Positions 30,801-40,311 are shown, counted from the stretch's first letter. The stretch is DNA of 64,000 nt from Candidatus Oxydemutatoraceae bacterium (GCA_965220085.1 CBDCOZ010000001.1:128001-192000), one strand, 5' to 3'. The notes: generated by a model from the sequence alone, not told the origin. Translations and numbers: made by a program.

Positions 30801-31887
30801 GGCGGGTCAAACACAGCAACAGTTCTTTGTGACCGCCCGGACCGATGACCAAGACGAAGCCGACGAAGAGTTAATCATCCGCATAAGGTCCGCGGACGAA
30901 ACCCGGTTGCGAGGGGAGCGCCGATTTGCTCTGACGCTGGAAGATACGACGATTCCCAAGTTATTGCCCCTGTCGCCGGCAGAGGCAGAGGAAGGCGAGA
31001 CGGTGCGCATTGAGTTGCAAGTCGATACGCCGCCGTTGCAAGCCGTATCCGTGTGGGTGGCGGCGACGGGCACCGCCGTGCTCGGCGCGGATTATCCGTA
31101 TTTGCCGCATCAACTGCGTATTCCGGCGGGCGGAACCCGCACTTCGTTTTCGTTGCTGACCACCGAGGATAATCTTTTTGAGCCGGATGAACAGATTCGC
31201 TTGGTGTTTGCGCCGACGACTGCGACCGACGGACACCCGTTGTTGGCGAGCAGTCAAACGATGACGGTGACGATTCGCAATACCGACGGGCGGCCGCAAT
31301 TGGCATTGGACTCGCGGCTTCGTACCGACGCCGATGGCGACGCCGACCCTCAGCACCCCCCGCTCGTGATTCCGCCGAATACTCCGGACTTTGAGATGTA
31401 CGGCGTTGAGCTGGCTCGCTACCTCTCGTCGGTTCTTCCGCCGAGCGCCGCCGCCGAGTTGATCACCGTTGTGGCGACGGAAGAGGCGGGAGTGCGGCAC
31501 GGTTTTCGCGTTCGTATCGATCCCGCATCCGCGTATGCCGAAGCGATCACGATAGAGACATCGGGCACCGCTATTTACGGGCGCGACTACCGGATACATT
31601 TTCAACAGCCCGGCATGGAGTCGGTCGAACTGACCGAAGCGTCGGCGCGGACGAATATCGCGACAGGCACTCGAGTCGTCGCTGTTTTTGTCGAACCGCT
31701 TGCGGATGATACCGACGAAGACTTGTTTGAATTCGTCGAGGTTCGCGTATCGCCCGACGCAGGCGCGAACTTGGAAGGGGATGCGGCATTCGGATTTGTC
31801 ATCGCTTCCACTTCTGCGCTCATCTTTCAAGAGGCGGAGCCCATCAGGCTGCGCTTGCGCCTCTTTCTGGAAGGCCCGCTGCGGTAG
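27817..31887 (+). CDS. Secreted S8 subtilase with Calx-beta-like repeats and LRLRLFLEGPLR tag
   Basis: VAVIDSG, HGTPVA, AAGNE, GTSFAAP catalytic motifs; GSAIAGQDY-type repeats. Confidence 0.92.
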   Translation: MRDTFFKNRYLTAAIAVALGLFFVLQREEPQPLIPDDPSMPQALRAAMVERDFAAGARQIKTRATAVAAAAAAVVGRKARQRLIVLHDPDVTRIDGVMETLANFPEVTVEDMPLFNMSIIEAPASWNLQWLNALVSLDDSIEAVGPDMIAKGLAVTPNDPDFGQQRHLYHASSPGSDINAREAWAYTTGNPDVIVAVIDSGIDYTYDDLASNLWVNRAEADGVAGVDDDNNGCIDDIHGCDFVNDDGDPWDDRGHGTPVASVIGMQGNNGRLGAGINWNASIMSLKTIDYDNDGRVSDSVRAYYYVLKMRLAGHNIRLINASYGTIISGTNSCAREDLPTAIRAEHIALEELGRNGVMTVAAAGNEGRDIDDPSANRITTPACLDIDGLLSVASLSSRGLLAGSSNYGAESVDLAAPGTGVFALAPGRRNFRGDYGQVSSYVPAERKAQAARLETVVSIPADTTATAGWSVEGGWARVAEGERIYWTDSPDGNHPNQADFSVTRDPIDLSMYGENDYLFLSFELATDLEYEPNPSLPPIYCASSFCDALFLEISVDGRDWRALDAWSNINFASDVSIGIPRWAYRENFQFRFRLVSDPGTNKDGVRIYDIALTRSDTGSDVSVRLSGTSFAAPMVTGAAALLWSFKPDLTLAEVRSAILDNVRPSAVAAVQNGTASGGTLDAAAALHSVAEDGIDLQAGEIALVEGEEGMFALRLTRPPQAPDSVDPGGTLSSDDPPPTMPDAVAEQVALAVTADPASRIRVDTPAITFTPQNWHIPQAVRFTAVDDNLANGDVMARLQVAVRADESVPSYRELPPQTVVVSVADNESKLSLAPGAPTQVAEGASATFALLLEPALSEDLTVTLSATGSAIAGQDYRALPAAITIAAGAGRAELTLTTIDDASAERTKNVLIRVVPPPSASVVQDPVLIPLDIEDDDAQRFSVALDRDRIKEGERALVTIDTSIGTTEAVVLLTDRIGGDASAEDYHIPAPVTLPAGQTQQQFFVTARTDDQDEADEELIIRIRSADETRLRGERRFALTLEDTTIPKLLPLSPAEAEEGETVRIELQVDTPPLQAVSVWVAATGTAVLGADYPYLPHQLRIPAGGTRTSFSLLTTEDNLFEPDEQIRLVFAPTTATDGHPLLASSQTMTVTIRNTDGRPQLALDSRLRTDADGDADPQHPPLVIPPNTPDFEMYGVELARYLSSVLPPSAAAELITVVATEEAGVRHGFRVRIDPASAYAEAITIETSGTAIYGRDYRIHFQQPGMESVELTEASARTNIATGTRVVAVFVEPLADDTDEDLFEFVEVRVSPDAGANLEGDAAFGFVIASTSALIFQEAEPIRLRLRLFLEGPLR

Positions 31888-32025
31888 CTTCGGGCGGCTG
31901 GCGGCGGCAAGCAAGCGCCGCCCGCCGGCGATGGCCGCCGGACTTTCTATAAGCGGCATTTTCTCCCGAGTTTCCATGCTGCCGGCGGCGGCTTCGTTTA
32001 TAGCCTTCGGCTTCATCGGCAACTT
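31888..32025 (-). pseudogene. Degenerate copy of the 3' end of the 38495..38806 gene
   Basis: CAAGCAAGCGCC..CGGCGATGGCCGCC..CTTTCTAT aligns with 38493-38635. Confidence 0.65.
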
Positions 32026-32120
32026 CCGCTTGCCCGCCCGAAACTCCGCTTCCCAATCCGAACCCCGATACGCCCCGCATCGTTGCGCACCCCGCCCCAT
32101 TCCATGCCGGGTGCGGCGCT

Positions 32121-32307
32121 TCTAAGAAACCACAAACAATTAAATATTGTTTGTGCTCTTACTGCCGTTTGTGCTCCATTAAAAAATCACAAACAATCTA
32201 AGAAACCACAAACAATTAAATATTGTTTGTGCTCTTACTGCCGTTTGTGCTCCATTAAAAAATCACAAACAATTGAGTATTGTTTGTGCTCTTATTATGT
32301 GCTCCAT
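32121..32307. repeat. AT-rich 76-bp tandem repeat carrying three CACAAACA-N9-TGTTTGTG palindromes
   Basis: Units at 32121 and 32197 plus a partial third; same motif as 5095-5118. Confidence 0.85.
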
Positions 32308-32378
32308 ACCGCCCCGCATCGTATCGGCGGTCACATGTGTGATACCGACAAGTCACGAAACTGATAGAATGACAGGCG

Positions 32379-35300
32379 ATGCGGGATACTTTCTTCAAAA
32401 ACCGGTATTTGATAGCGGCGGTTGCGGTTGCGCTGGGGCTGTTTTTCGTGTTGCAACGCGAAGAACCGCAGCCGCTGATCCCGGACGACCCCTCTATGCC
32501 GCAGGCGTTGCGCGCGGCGATGTCCGAGCGCGATTTCGCTGTCGGCGCGCGCCAAATCAAGACGCACGCGGCAACGGCGGCAGCCGTCGTCGGCCGCAAA
32601 GGGCGGCAGCGGTTGATCGCAATTCACGACCCGGATGTCACGCGTATCGACGGTGTCATGGAGACGCTCGCAAACTTTCCGGAGGTGACGGTGGAGGATA
32701 TGCCGTTATTCAATATGTCGATCATAGAGGTGCCGGCGAGTTGGAACCTGCAATGGCTGAATGTGCTCGTCTCGCTTGACGACTCCATTGAAGCGGTCGG
32801 CCCCGACACAATCAACGAGGCCCGGGCAGTGATGCCGAACGATCCCAACTTCAGCGACCAACGCCACTTGCATAACGAGAGCGCTCCGGATTTGGATATC
32901 AATGCGCGCGAAGCGTGGGCCTATACGACCGGCACCGCCGATGTCATCGTTGCGGTCATGGATTCGGGCATCGACTACACCTACGACGATTGGGCTTCCA
33001 ACCTGTGGGTCAATCGCGCGGAAGCCGACGGCGTTGCCGGTGTCGATGACGATAACAACGGTTGTGTCGATGACATACACGGCTGTGATTTTGTCAATGA
33101 CGACGGCGACCCGTGGGATGACGAGGGGCACGGCACCGCGGTGGCGAGCGTTATCGGCATGCGGGGGAATAACGGGAAATTGGGCGCCGGTATCAACTGG
33201 AATGCCTCGATCATGTCGCTCAAGGTGCTCGGCTATGACAGCCGGGGACGCACATCCGACATTATTCTGGCGTACTACTATGTTCTGAGGATGCGTCTGG
33301 CCGGGCACAACATACGGCTTATCAATGCCAGTTTTAGCGCGGTCATCAGCGGCGCCAGTCAGTGCGACAGGGAGCGGTTATCGGCAACCAGAAGGATGCA
33401 GTATATCGCGATTGAAGAGCTGGGGCGCAACGGTGTGATGACCGTCCAAAGTGCCGGCAATGACAGCAGCAACCTGGATAATCCGAATGAGGGCCGCATC
33501 GTCGTGCCGGCTTGCTTTGATATAGACGGGTTGTTGAGCGTCGCCTCTTTGTCTTCCAACGGTTCTCTGGCGCGCAGTTCCAATTACGGCGCCGAGTCGG
33601 TGGACTTGGCGGCCCCCGGCACGGGCGTGTTTGCGCTTGGTCCCGGCAGGGCTTTTTCCGGAAGCTACACGCAGACCCCAAACTATGCTCCCGCGCAACG
33701 CAAAGCCCCGGACGCCCAGTCGGAGACGGTCGTTTCAATTGCCGCCGATACGACCTCAACGGCGGGCTGGAGCGTCGAAGGCGGCTGGGCGCGGGTGGCG
33801 GAAGGGGAAAGAATCTATTGGACCGACAGCCCCGATGGCAACTACCCCAATCGGGCCGATTTCAGCGTGACCCGCGATCCGATCGATCTGAGCGAGTACG
33901 GCGAGGATGATTACTTGTTTCTGTCATTTGAACTTGCCACCGACCTGGAGTATGAGCCAAACCCTTCCACACCCCCGATACGCTGTGCTTCTACGTTTTG
34001 CGACGCCCTGTTTTTGGAAATCAGCGTCGATGGTCGGGATTGGCGGGCGCTGGATGCGTGGAGCGATGTGAATTTCGCCGACGATGTTTCCATAGGCATC
34101 CCCCGCTGGGCGTATAGCGAGAACTTTCAATTCCGCTTCCGCCTGGTTTCGGATCCCGGCACGAACAAAGATGGCGTCAGGATCTACGATATTGCGCTGA
34201 CCCGCTCCGATACGGGCAGCGATGTTTCGGTGCGCTTGAGCGGCACCTCGTTTGCCGCTCCGATGGTCACCGGCGCGGCTGCTTTGCTGTGGTCTTTCAA
34301 GCCCGATTTAACGCTCGCCGAAGTGCGTTCGGCGATACTTGACAACGTGCGGCCTTCCGCTGTCGCGGCGGTGCAAAACGGCACGGCAAGCGGCGGCACG
34401 CTCGATGCCGCCGCCGCGTTGCATTCTGTCGCCGAAGACGGCATTGACTTGCAAGCGGGAGAAATCGCGCTGGTCGAAGGCGAGGAAGGGATGTTTGCGT
34501 TGCGCCTGACCCGCCCGCCGCAAGCGCCCGACAGCGTCGATCCCGGCGGCACATTGTCGAGTGACGACCCGCCGCCGACCATGCCGGACGCCGTTGCGGA
34601 GCAAGTGGCGCTGGCTGTCACCGCCGACCCGGCATCGCGTATTCGGGTGGATACGCCCGCTATCACGTTTACTCCGCAGAACTGGCACATCCCCCAAGCG
34701 GTTCGCTTCACAGCGGTTGACGATAACTTGGCCAATGGCGATGCGGTGGCGAGGCTGCAAGTTGCGGTGCGCGCGGACGAGTCTGTGCCTTCGTATCGCG
34801 AGTTGCCGCCACAGACGGTCGTCGTCAGCGTGGCGGACAATGAGTCAAAGTTATCGTTAGCCCCCGGCGCTCCGACACAAGTGGCGGAAGGCGCGAGCGT
34901 TGCCTTCGCATTGTTGCTTGAGCCGGCCTTGAGCGAAGACCTGACCGTAACGCTGACGACGACCGGCAGCGCGATCGCGGGACAAGACTATCAGGCGTTG
35001 CCCGCCACGATAACAATCGCCGCCGGCGAAGAGCGCGCGGAGTTGACCCTGACGACGATTGATGATGACGTGGCCGAGCGCACAGAAAGGGTTTTGATAC
35101 GGGTCCTGCCGCCGTCGACGTCGACATCGGTCGTTCAAGATCCCGTATTGATTCCGCTGGACATAGAAGACGATGACGTGCAACGTTTTTCGGTTGCGCT
35201 TGACAGAGACCGTATCAAGGAAGGCGAGCGCGCGCTTGTCACTATCGACACGTCTATCGGCACGACCGAGGATGTCGCCCTTTTGACAGACCGTATCGGC

Positions 35301-38300
35301 GGAGATGCAAGCCCCGAAGATTATCAAATACTACCTGCGCAGGTCACGTTGCCGGCGGGTCGAACACAACAGCAGTTCTTTGTTGCCGCCCGGACCGATG
35401 ACCAAGACGAAGCCGATGAAACTCTGATCATCCGCATAAGGTCCGCGGACGAAACCCGGTTGCGAGGGGAGCGCCAACTTGCTTTGACGCTGGAAGATAC
35501 GACGATTCCCGAGTTGCTGCCCCCGGCGCCGGTGTCGGTCGGCGAAGGCGAGACGGCGCACATTGAGTTGGAAGTCAATACGCCTGTGCTGCAAGAAGTG
35601 TCCGTGTGGGTGGTCGCGACGGGCACCGCCGTGCTCGGCGCGGATTATCCGTATTTGCCGCATCGGTTGCTTATTCCGGCGGGCTCCACCCGCACTTCGT
35701 TTTTGTTGCGACCGACCGCGGATGATATTTTTGAGCCGGATGAACAGATTCGCTTGGGATTCATACCGGCCGACGAACAACTGTTGTCGGGCAGTCAAAC
35801 CCTGACTGTGACGGTTCGCGATACCGGCGCGCGGCCGGAATTGGCATTAAATCCCGGCCGACTTTGGATTAGCGGGGAGGCTCGGTACCCTAGGGCGGTT
35901 ATTCCGCCGAGCGCCGCCGGCGAGTTGGTGACCGTTGTGGCGCGGGAAGAGACGGATGTGCGGTTCGGTTTGTCCGTTCGTATCGATCCCGTATCCGCTT
36001 TTGCCGAAGCGATCACGATAGAGACATCGGGCGCCGCTGTTTACGGGCAAGACTACCTGGCATATTTTTGGCAGTCGGGCCTTCTGACCGGATTGCCCGA
36101 GATGCCCGCGCAGAGGGATATCGCGACCGATACTTCAATCGTCGCTATTTTTATTGAGCCGATTGCGGATGATGTTGACGAATGCTTGTTCAAACACATC
36201 GAGGTGCGCGCATCGCCCGGCGAAGATACAAACTTGACCGGGGAGGCGGCGTTTGAATTTGTTATCGCGTCAACGTCCGCGCCGTCGTTTTCCGTAGCGC
36301 CCGCCGGGTTGCAATCGGTTGAGGAAGGCCAAAGCATCGAGGCCACGCTCCTGTTCTGCAATCCGTTGCTGCGTGACGAAATCTTCTATTTGAGCATCGA
36401 CGATACCGCCGTCTCGCCCGGCGCTGCGGCGGCGGACCCCGGCGATTACATATTCCCGCCGTTGTTTGCGGCGCCAAGGGGGGCGACCCAAACCGTCGTG
36501 CGCATCTTAATCCGCGCCGATGGCATTGCGGAACCCGCCGAGGAGTTGCGCCTGGTTTTTAATCCGGCTGATCCCGGCGGCGGTTTGACCGGGCGGGCGC
36601 AACTCAGTCTGGTGATAGAAGATAGGTCGAGGTTATCGTTGGCCGCCGACGCTCCGACACAAGTGGCGGAAGGCGCGAGCGCCACCTTCGCCTTGTTGCT
36701 GGAGCCGCCCTTGAGCGAAGACCTGACCCTGATGCTGACGACGACCGGCAGCGCGATCGCGGGACAGGACTATCGGGCGTTGCCCGCCACGATAACGATA
36801 GCCGCCGGCAAGGAGCGCGCGCAGTTGACCCTGACGACGATCGATGATGCGGCGGTCGAGCGCACAGAAAGTGTTTTGATACGGGTCCTGCCGCCGTCGA
36901 CGTCGACATCGGTCGTTCAAGATCCCGTATTGATTCCGCTGGATATAGAAGACAATGACGCGCAACGTTTTTCGGCTGCGCTTGACAGAGACCGTATCAA
37001 GGAAGGCGAGCGCGCGCGGGTCACTATCGACACGCCTGTCGGCACGACCGGGGATGTCGCCTTTTTGATAGACCGCATCGGCGGAGATGCAAGCCCCGAA
37101 GATTATCAAATACCTGCGACGGTCACGTTGCCGGCGGGTCAAACGGAACAGCAGTTCTTTGTTACCGCCTTGACAGATGACAAAGACGAAGCCGATGAAG
37201 AGTTGATTATCCGCATAAGGTCCGAGGATGAAGCTCGGTTGCAAGGGGAGTACGAATTTACTCTGACGTTGGAAGATACGACGATTCCCGAGTTGTTGCC
37301 TCTGTCGCCGAGGTCGGTTGAGGAAGGCACGACGGCGACCATTGAGTTGGCGGTCGATACGCCGGTGTTACAAGCCGTATCCGTCGCGGTGACAGCGACA
37401 GGCACCGCCGTATTTGGCACGGATTATTCGTATTCGACGCAACAGTTGGTGATTGCGGCGGGTTCCACCCGCACTTCGTTTTTGCTAGAAGCGCTCAAGG
37501 ATGATATTTTTGAGTTGGAGGAGCGGATTATCCTGACGTTTGCGCCGACCGATGAACAACTGCTGTCGGGCAGTCAAACGATGACTGTGACGATTCGCAA
37601 CACCGATGAACGGCCGAAATTGGCATTAGTTCCCCAGCTTGTTGTTGACGGGGACCCTCGGCACCCTTCGGCGGTTCTTCCGCCGAGTACTGCCGGCGAG
37701 TTGGTTACCGTTGTGGCGAGGGAAGATGCGGGCGCACGGTCCGGTTTTTCCGTGAGCATCGATCCCGCATCCGCTTTTGCCGAAGCGATCACGATAGAGA
37801 CCTCTGCCACCGCTGTTTACGGGCAAGACTACCGGATACATTTTCGCCAGTCCGGTGCGGAATCGGTCGCGCTGCCCGCAGCGCCGGCGCGGGCGGATAT
37901 CGCGACAGGCACTCGAGCCGCTGCTATTTTTGTCGAACCGCTTGCCGATGACGTTGACGAATGCAAATTCAAATTCATCGAGGTTCGCGCATCGCCCGGC
38001 GAAGGGACAAACTTGACCGGGGAGGCGGCGTTCGGGTTTGTCATCGCTTCTGCGTCCGCGCCGTCGTTTTCCGTAGCGCCCGCCGGAGCGCGATCGGTTG
38101 CGGAAGGCCAGAGCATAGAGGTCACGCTCCTTTTCTGCAATCCGTTGCTGCGTGATGAGGTTATCAATCTGCGCGTTGACGAGACCGCCGTCTCAACCGG
38201 CACGGCGGCGGCGGGCCCCGACGATTACGCACTCTTGCCGCAGTCTTTGACGGTGCCGCAACCTTTGACGGCGCCAAAGGGGGCGACCCAAACCGTCGTG

Positions 38301-38492
38301 CGCCTCTTAATCCTTGCCGATGATACGGACGAACCTGCCGAGGAGTTGCGCCTGCTTTTTGAGCCGGCAGACCCCGGCGGCGGTTTGACCGGGCGGGCGC
38401 GAATCAGTTTCGTGATAGAAGACGTGATGTCTCGAGATTCGGAACCTGTCAAACTGCGCTTGCGTCTCTTTTTGGAAGGCCCGTTGCGGTAG
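32379..38492 (+). CDS. Secreted S8 subtilase paralog (2037 aa) with duplicated Calx-beta module and LRLRLFLEGPLR tag
   Basis: VAVMDSG, HGTAVA, SAGND, GTSFAAP; ~590-aa module repeated (from ~34848 and ~36630). Confidence 0.92.
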   Translation: MRDTFFKNRYLIAAVAVALGLFFVLQREEPQPLIPDDPSMPQALRAAMSERDFAVGARQIKTHAATAAAVVGRKGRQRLIAIHDPDVTRIDGVMETLANFPEVTVEDMPLFNMSIIEVPASWNLQWLNVLVSLDDSIEAVGPDTINEARAVMPNDPNFSDQRHLHNESAPDLDINAREAWAYTTGTADVIVAVMDSGIDYTYDDWASNLWVNRAEADGVAGVDDDNNGCVDDIHGCDFVNDDGDPWDDEGHGTAVASVIGMRGNNGKLGAGINWNASIMSLKVLGYDSRGRTSDIILAYYYVLRMRLAGHNIRLINASFSAVISGASQCDRERLSATRRMQYIAIEELGRNGVMTVQSAGNDSSNLDNPNEGRIVVPACFDIDGLLSVASLSSNGSLARSSNYGAESVDLAAPGTGVFALGPGRAFSGSYTQTPNYAPAQRKAPDAQSETVVSIAADTTSTAGWSVEGGWARVAEGERIYWTDSPDGNYPNRADFSVTRDPIDLSEYGEDDYLFLSFELATDLEYEPNPSTPPIRCASTFCDALFLEISVDGRDWRALDAWSDVNFADDVSIGIPRWAYSENFQFRFRLVSDPGTNKDGVRIYDIALTRSDTGSDVSVRLSGTSFAAPMVTGAAALLWSFKPDLTLAEVRSAILDNVRPSAVAAVQNGTASGGTLDAAAALHSVAEDGIDLQAGEIALVEGEEGMFALRLTRPPQAPDSVDPGGTLSSDDPPPTMPDAVAEQVALAVTADPASRIRVDTPAITFTPQNWHIPQAVRFTAVDDNLANGDAVARLQVAVRADESVPSYRELPPQTVVVSVADNESKLSLAPGAPTQVAEGASVAFALLLEPALSEDLTVTLTTTGSAIAGQDYQALPATITIAAGEERAELTLTTIDDDVAERTERVLIRVLPPSTSTSVVQDPVLIPLDIEDDDVQRFSVALDRDRIKEGERALVTIDTSIGTTEDVALLTDRIGGDASPEDYQILPAQVTLPAGRTQQQFFVAARTDDQDEADETLIIRIRSADETRLRGERQLALTLEDTTIPELLPPAPVSVGEGETAHIELEVNTPVLQEVSVWVVATGTAVLGADYPYLPHRLLIPAGSTRTSFLLRPTADDIFEPDEQIRLGFIPADEQLLSGSQTLTVTVRDTGARPELALNPGRLWISGEARYPRAVIPPSAAGELVTVVAREETDVRFGLSVRIDPVSAFAEAITIETSGAAVYGQDYLAYFWQSGLLTGLPEMPAQRDIATDTSIVAIFIEPIADDVDECLFKHIEVRASPGEDTNLTGEAAFEFVIASTSAPSFSVAPAGLQSVEEGQSIEATLLFCNPLLRDEIFYLSIDDTAVSPGAAAADPGDYIFPPLFAAPRGATQTVVRILIRADGIAEPAEELRLVFNPADPGGGLTGRAQLSLVIEDRSRLSLAADAPTQVAEGASATFALLLEPPLSEDLTLMLTTTGSAIAGQDYRALPATITIAAGKERAQLTLTTIDDAAVERTESVLIRVLPPSTSTSVVQDPVLIPLDIEDNDAQRFSAALDRDRIKEGERARVTIDTPVGTTGDVAFLIDRIGGDASPEDYQIPATVTLPAGQTEQQFFVTALTDDKDEADEELIIRIRSEDEARLQGEYEFTLTLEDTTIPELLPLSPRSVEEGTTATIELAVDTPVLQAVSVAVTATGTAVFGTDYSYSTQQLVIAAGSTRTSFLLEALKDDIFELEERIILTFAPTDEQLLSGSQTMTVTIRNTDERPKLALVPQLVVDGDPRHPSAVLPPSTAGELVTVVAREDAGARSGFSVSIDPASAFAEAITIETSATAVYGQDYRIHFRQSGAESVALPAAPARADIATGTRAAAIFVEPLADDVDECKFKFIEVRASPGEGTNLTGEAAFGFVIASASAPSFSVAPAGARSVAEGQSIEVTLLFCNPLLRDEVINLRVDETAVSTGTAAAGPDDYALLPQSLTVPQPLTAPKGATQTVVRLLILADDTDEPAEELRLLFEPADPGGGLTGRARISFVIEDVMSRDSEPVKLRLRLFLEGPLR

Positions 38493-38494
38493 CG

Positions 38495-38806
38495 TCAGGC
38501 CGCTGTCAGCAGAAAGTCAAGCAAGCGCCACACGACGGCGATGGCCGCCAGGCTTTCTATCAGCGCCACGATCTTTTTCTGCCGAGTGTCCGTGTTGCCG
38601 GTGGCGCAGCACATGACGATATCCATCAGCAACAGTACGAAGACGATTGGCGCGATGACGGGCACGATGATGGTCGTAATCAAGTCGTCCCAGGCGTCCC
38701 ATGCGGGGGTCTGCCCGGCTTGCGGCATCAGCAACACCGATGCCGCCGCCGCCATCAGCAGCAGCGTCCTGAATATATTGCCTGAGTTGAGTGTTTTGCG
38801 CTTCAC
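38495..38806 (-). CDS. Small hypothetical membrane protein
   Basis: 103 aa with three hydrophobic segments. Confidence 0.6.
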   Translation of the reverse strand: MKRKTLNSGNIFRTLLLMAAAASVLLMPQAGQTPAWDAWDDLITTIIVPVIAPIVFVLLLMDIVMCCATGNTDTRQKKIVALIESLAAIAVVWRLLDFLLTAA

Positions 38807-38888
38807 GGTGTTCGTTCTGTCGGTCGGTCATTGTAGCGCAGCTCGGATTCCGACCGTTCTTTGTGGCGGGCGGGCTGGCAAAAATGTT

Positions 38889-39083
38889 GGGAATTATATG
38901 CCTGTGTATGCAATCAGACCATTAAACAGGAGTATTTCAATGACAAAGAGAAAGGCAAAGACAATCGGATTATTTGAACTGTATAAGATGTTTGAAACAG
39001 AGCACAAAGCAGTGAAATGGCCGGAGTCAATTTTAGGATTGCGGACTGATAGGCTGTTTTGCATACACAGGCATATAATTCCC
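38889..39083 (+). mobile_element. 195-bp IS1595-derived MITE, copy 1
   Basis: TIR GGGAATTATATGCCTGTGTATGCAA; internal MTKRKAKTIGLFELYKMF resembles the N-terminus of transposase 22901. Confidence 0.92.
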
Positions 39084-39210
39084 AAAGAGAGGTGTTTCCA
39101 ACGCCTCTCGCCGCTACTACTGGCAAGGAGCAAGACGATGATTCAGCGGCGGGCTATGTGGCTAGGCTCTTCATCAGGGGTTCACACTGCCGGACAGAAC
39201 AAGCCTTGAG

Positions 39211-39612
39211 TCAGGACTTTGGCCTTTTAAAAATTTTCCCAATCTTGTCCTTGAGTGCCTGATAAAATATGAATAGCACCATGGAACCGGAAAGGAATGT
39301 GCCTAACCCCTTGCCATGGTATGCCAGAAAAACCCCTCCAACCGCAAGAACAAGCAGTATGACAAATGTAAACCGATTCGTTTGTTTCCTGTCATAATGT
39401 CTTTGGGCTTGCTCTTTTGCCATGCACTCCAACATCTGTCTCTGCGCCTCGGGAGAATAGCTATTAAATATTTTAGGCGGGAGGATTGGGGCTTCCCATA
39501 CTTGTTGCACAAAATGAGATGCTTGTTTGCTTTTGATCGGATCAGTGGGGTCATCAGAGGAGGGCTCGACCGGGGTATCAGAATCTTTAGAGTTCTCAAT
39601 TTTAGGCGGCAT
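39211..39612 (-). CDS. DUF2335-like membrane protein
   Basis: APILPP..FNSY.PEA....MAKEQAQRH followed by two TM segments. Confidence 0.55.
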   Translation of the reverse strand: MPPKIENSKDSDTPVEPSSDDPTDPIKSKQASHFVQQVWEAPILPPKIFNSYSPEAQRQMLECMAKEQAQRHYDRKQTNRFTFVILLVLAVGGVFLAYHGKGLGTFLSGSMVLFIFYQALKDKIGKIFKRPKS

Positions 39613-39684
39613 TGCGGTTAGGTTCCGTGCTAAACAAGGCGCTCAGAAGCGCTATATCAACTTTCTTTCTGTCGCTTGAAAGAT

Positions 39685-39969
39685 TCATGCTATCTGTGCG
39701 AAAACCTTTGGCGCCGAACCAATCACCGCTCGGCTCATCAGAAAAAAGTCGGCAAAAGCCAAAGGGCTCAAAAAACCATTGTCGTCTTCCTGCTTTCTCA
39801 TCTTGTTGAATTCGACTGCGACAGCTTTCGCAAGCTCTTCGTCCCGCAAAATGTATTCAATGCTCTCTTCATAAGAGCGCATGGCATCTGCCATAATCTC
39901 CTCTTGCTGAGAGACCGGTTCCGACTCTATCAGAAATGGAAAACCTTGTTGTTTCAGAGGGTTTGTCAT
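39685..39969 (-). CDS. Hypothetical protein
   Basis: MTNPLKQQGFP... part of ORF 39685..40302; the longer ORF is read-through from MITE copy 2. Confidence 0.4.
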   Translation of the reverse strand: MTNPLKQQGFPFLIESEPVSQQEEIMADAMRSYEESIEYILRDEELAKAVAVEFNKMRKQEDDNGFLSPLAFADFFLMSRAVIGSAPKVFAQIA

Positions 39970-40116
39970 AAGCGCTATCTTGCTAACAATTATTGATGAA
40001 CTAATTCGGCAAACAGGAATCATACAAAATAATGCCGGAAAAACAAAATTACGGCGGGTGCCGTTTTGCAATTTAACCCCAAATCCCCTTAATAACCTTT
40101 GCCTATAAAACAAAAA

Positions 40117-40311
40117 GGGAATTATATGCCTGTGTATGCAAAACAGCCTATCAGTCCGCAATCCTAAAATTGACTCCGGCCATTTCACTGCTTTGTGCTC
40201 TGTTTCAGACATCTTATACAGTTCAAATAATCCGATTGTCTTTGCCTTTCTCTTTGTCATTGAAATACCTCTGTTTAATGGTCTAATTGCATACACAGGC
40301 ATATAATTCCC
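40117..40311 (-). mobile_element. 195-bp MITE, copy 2 (inverted)
   Basis: Reverse complement of copy 1 with few SNPs; no TSD of its own. Confidence 0.92.

Noticed and set aside
32121-32307. Possible CRISPR array
   Set aside because: Intervening sequences are repeated rather than unique spacers, and there are no cas genes; the same applies to the 62846-63007 repeats
39970-40302. ORFs starting MPVYAIRPLNR (also 38541.., 43183.., and the rpe extension from 43389)
   Set aside because: Read-through from MITE sequence
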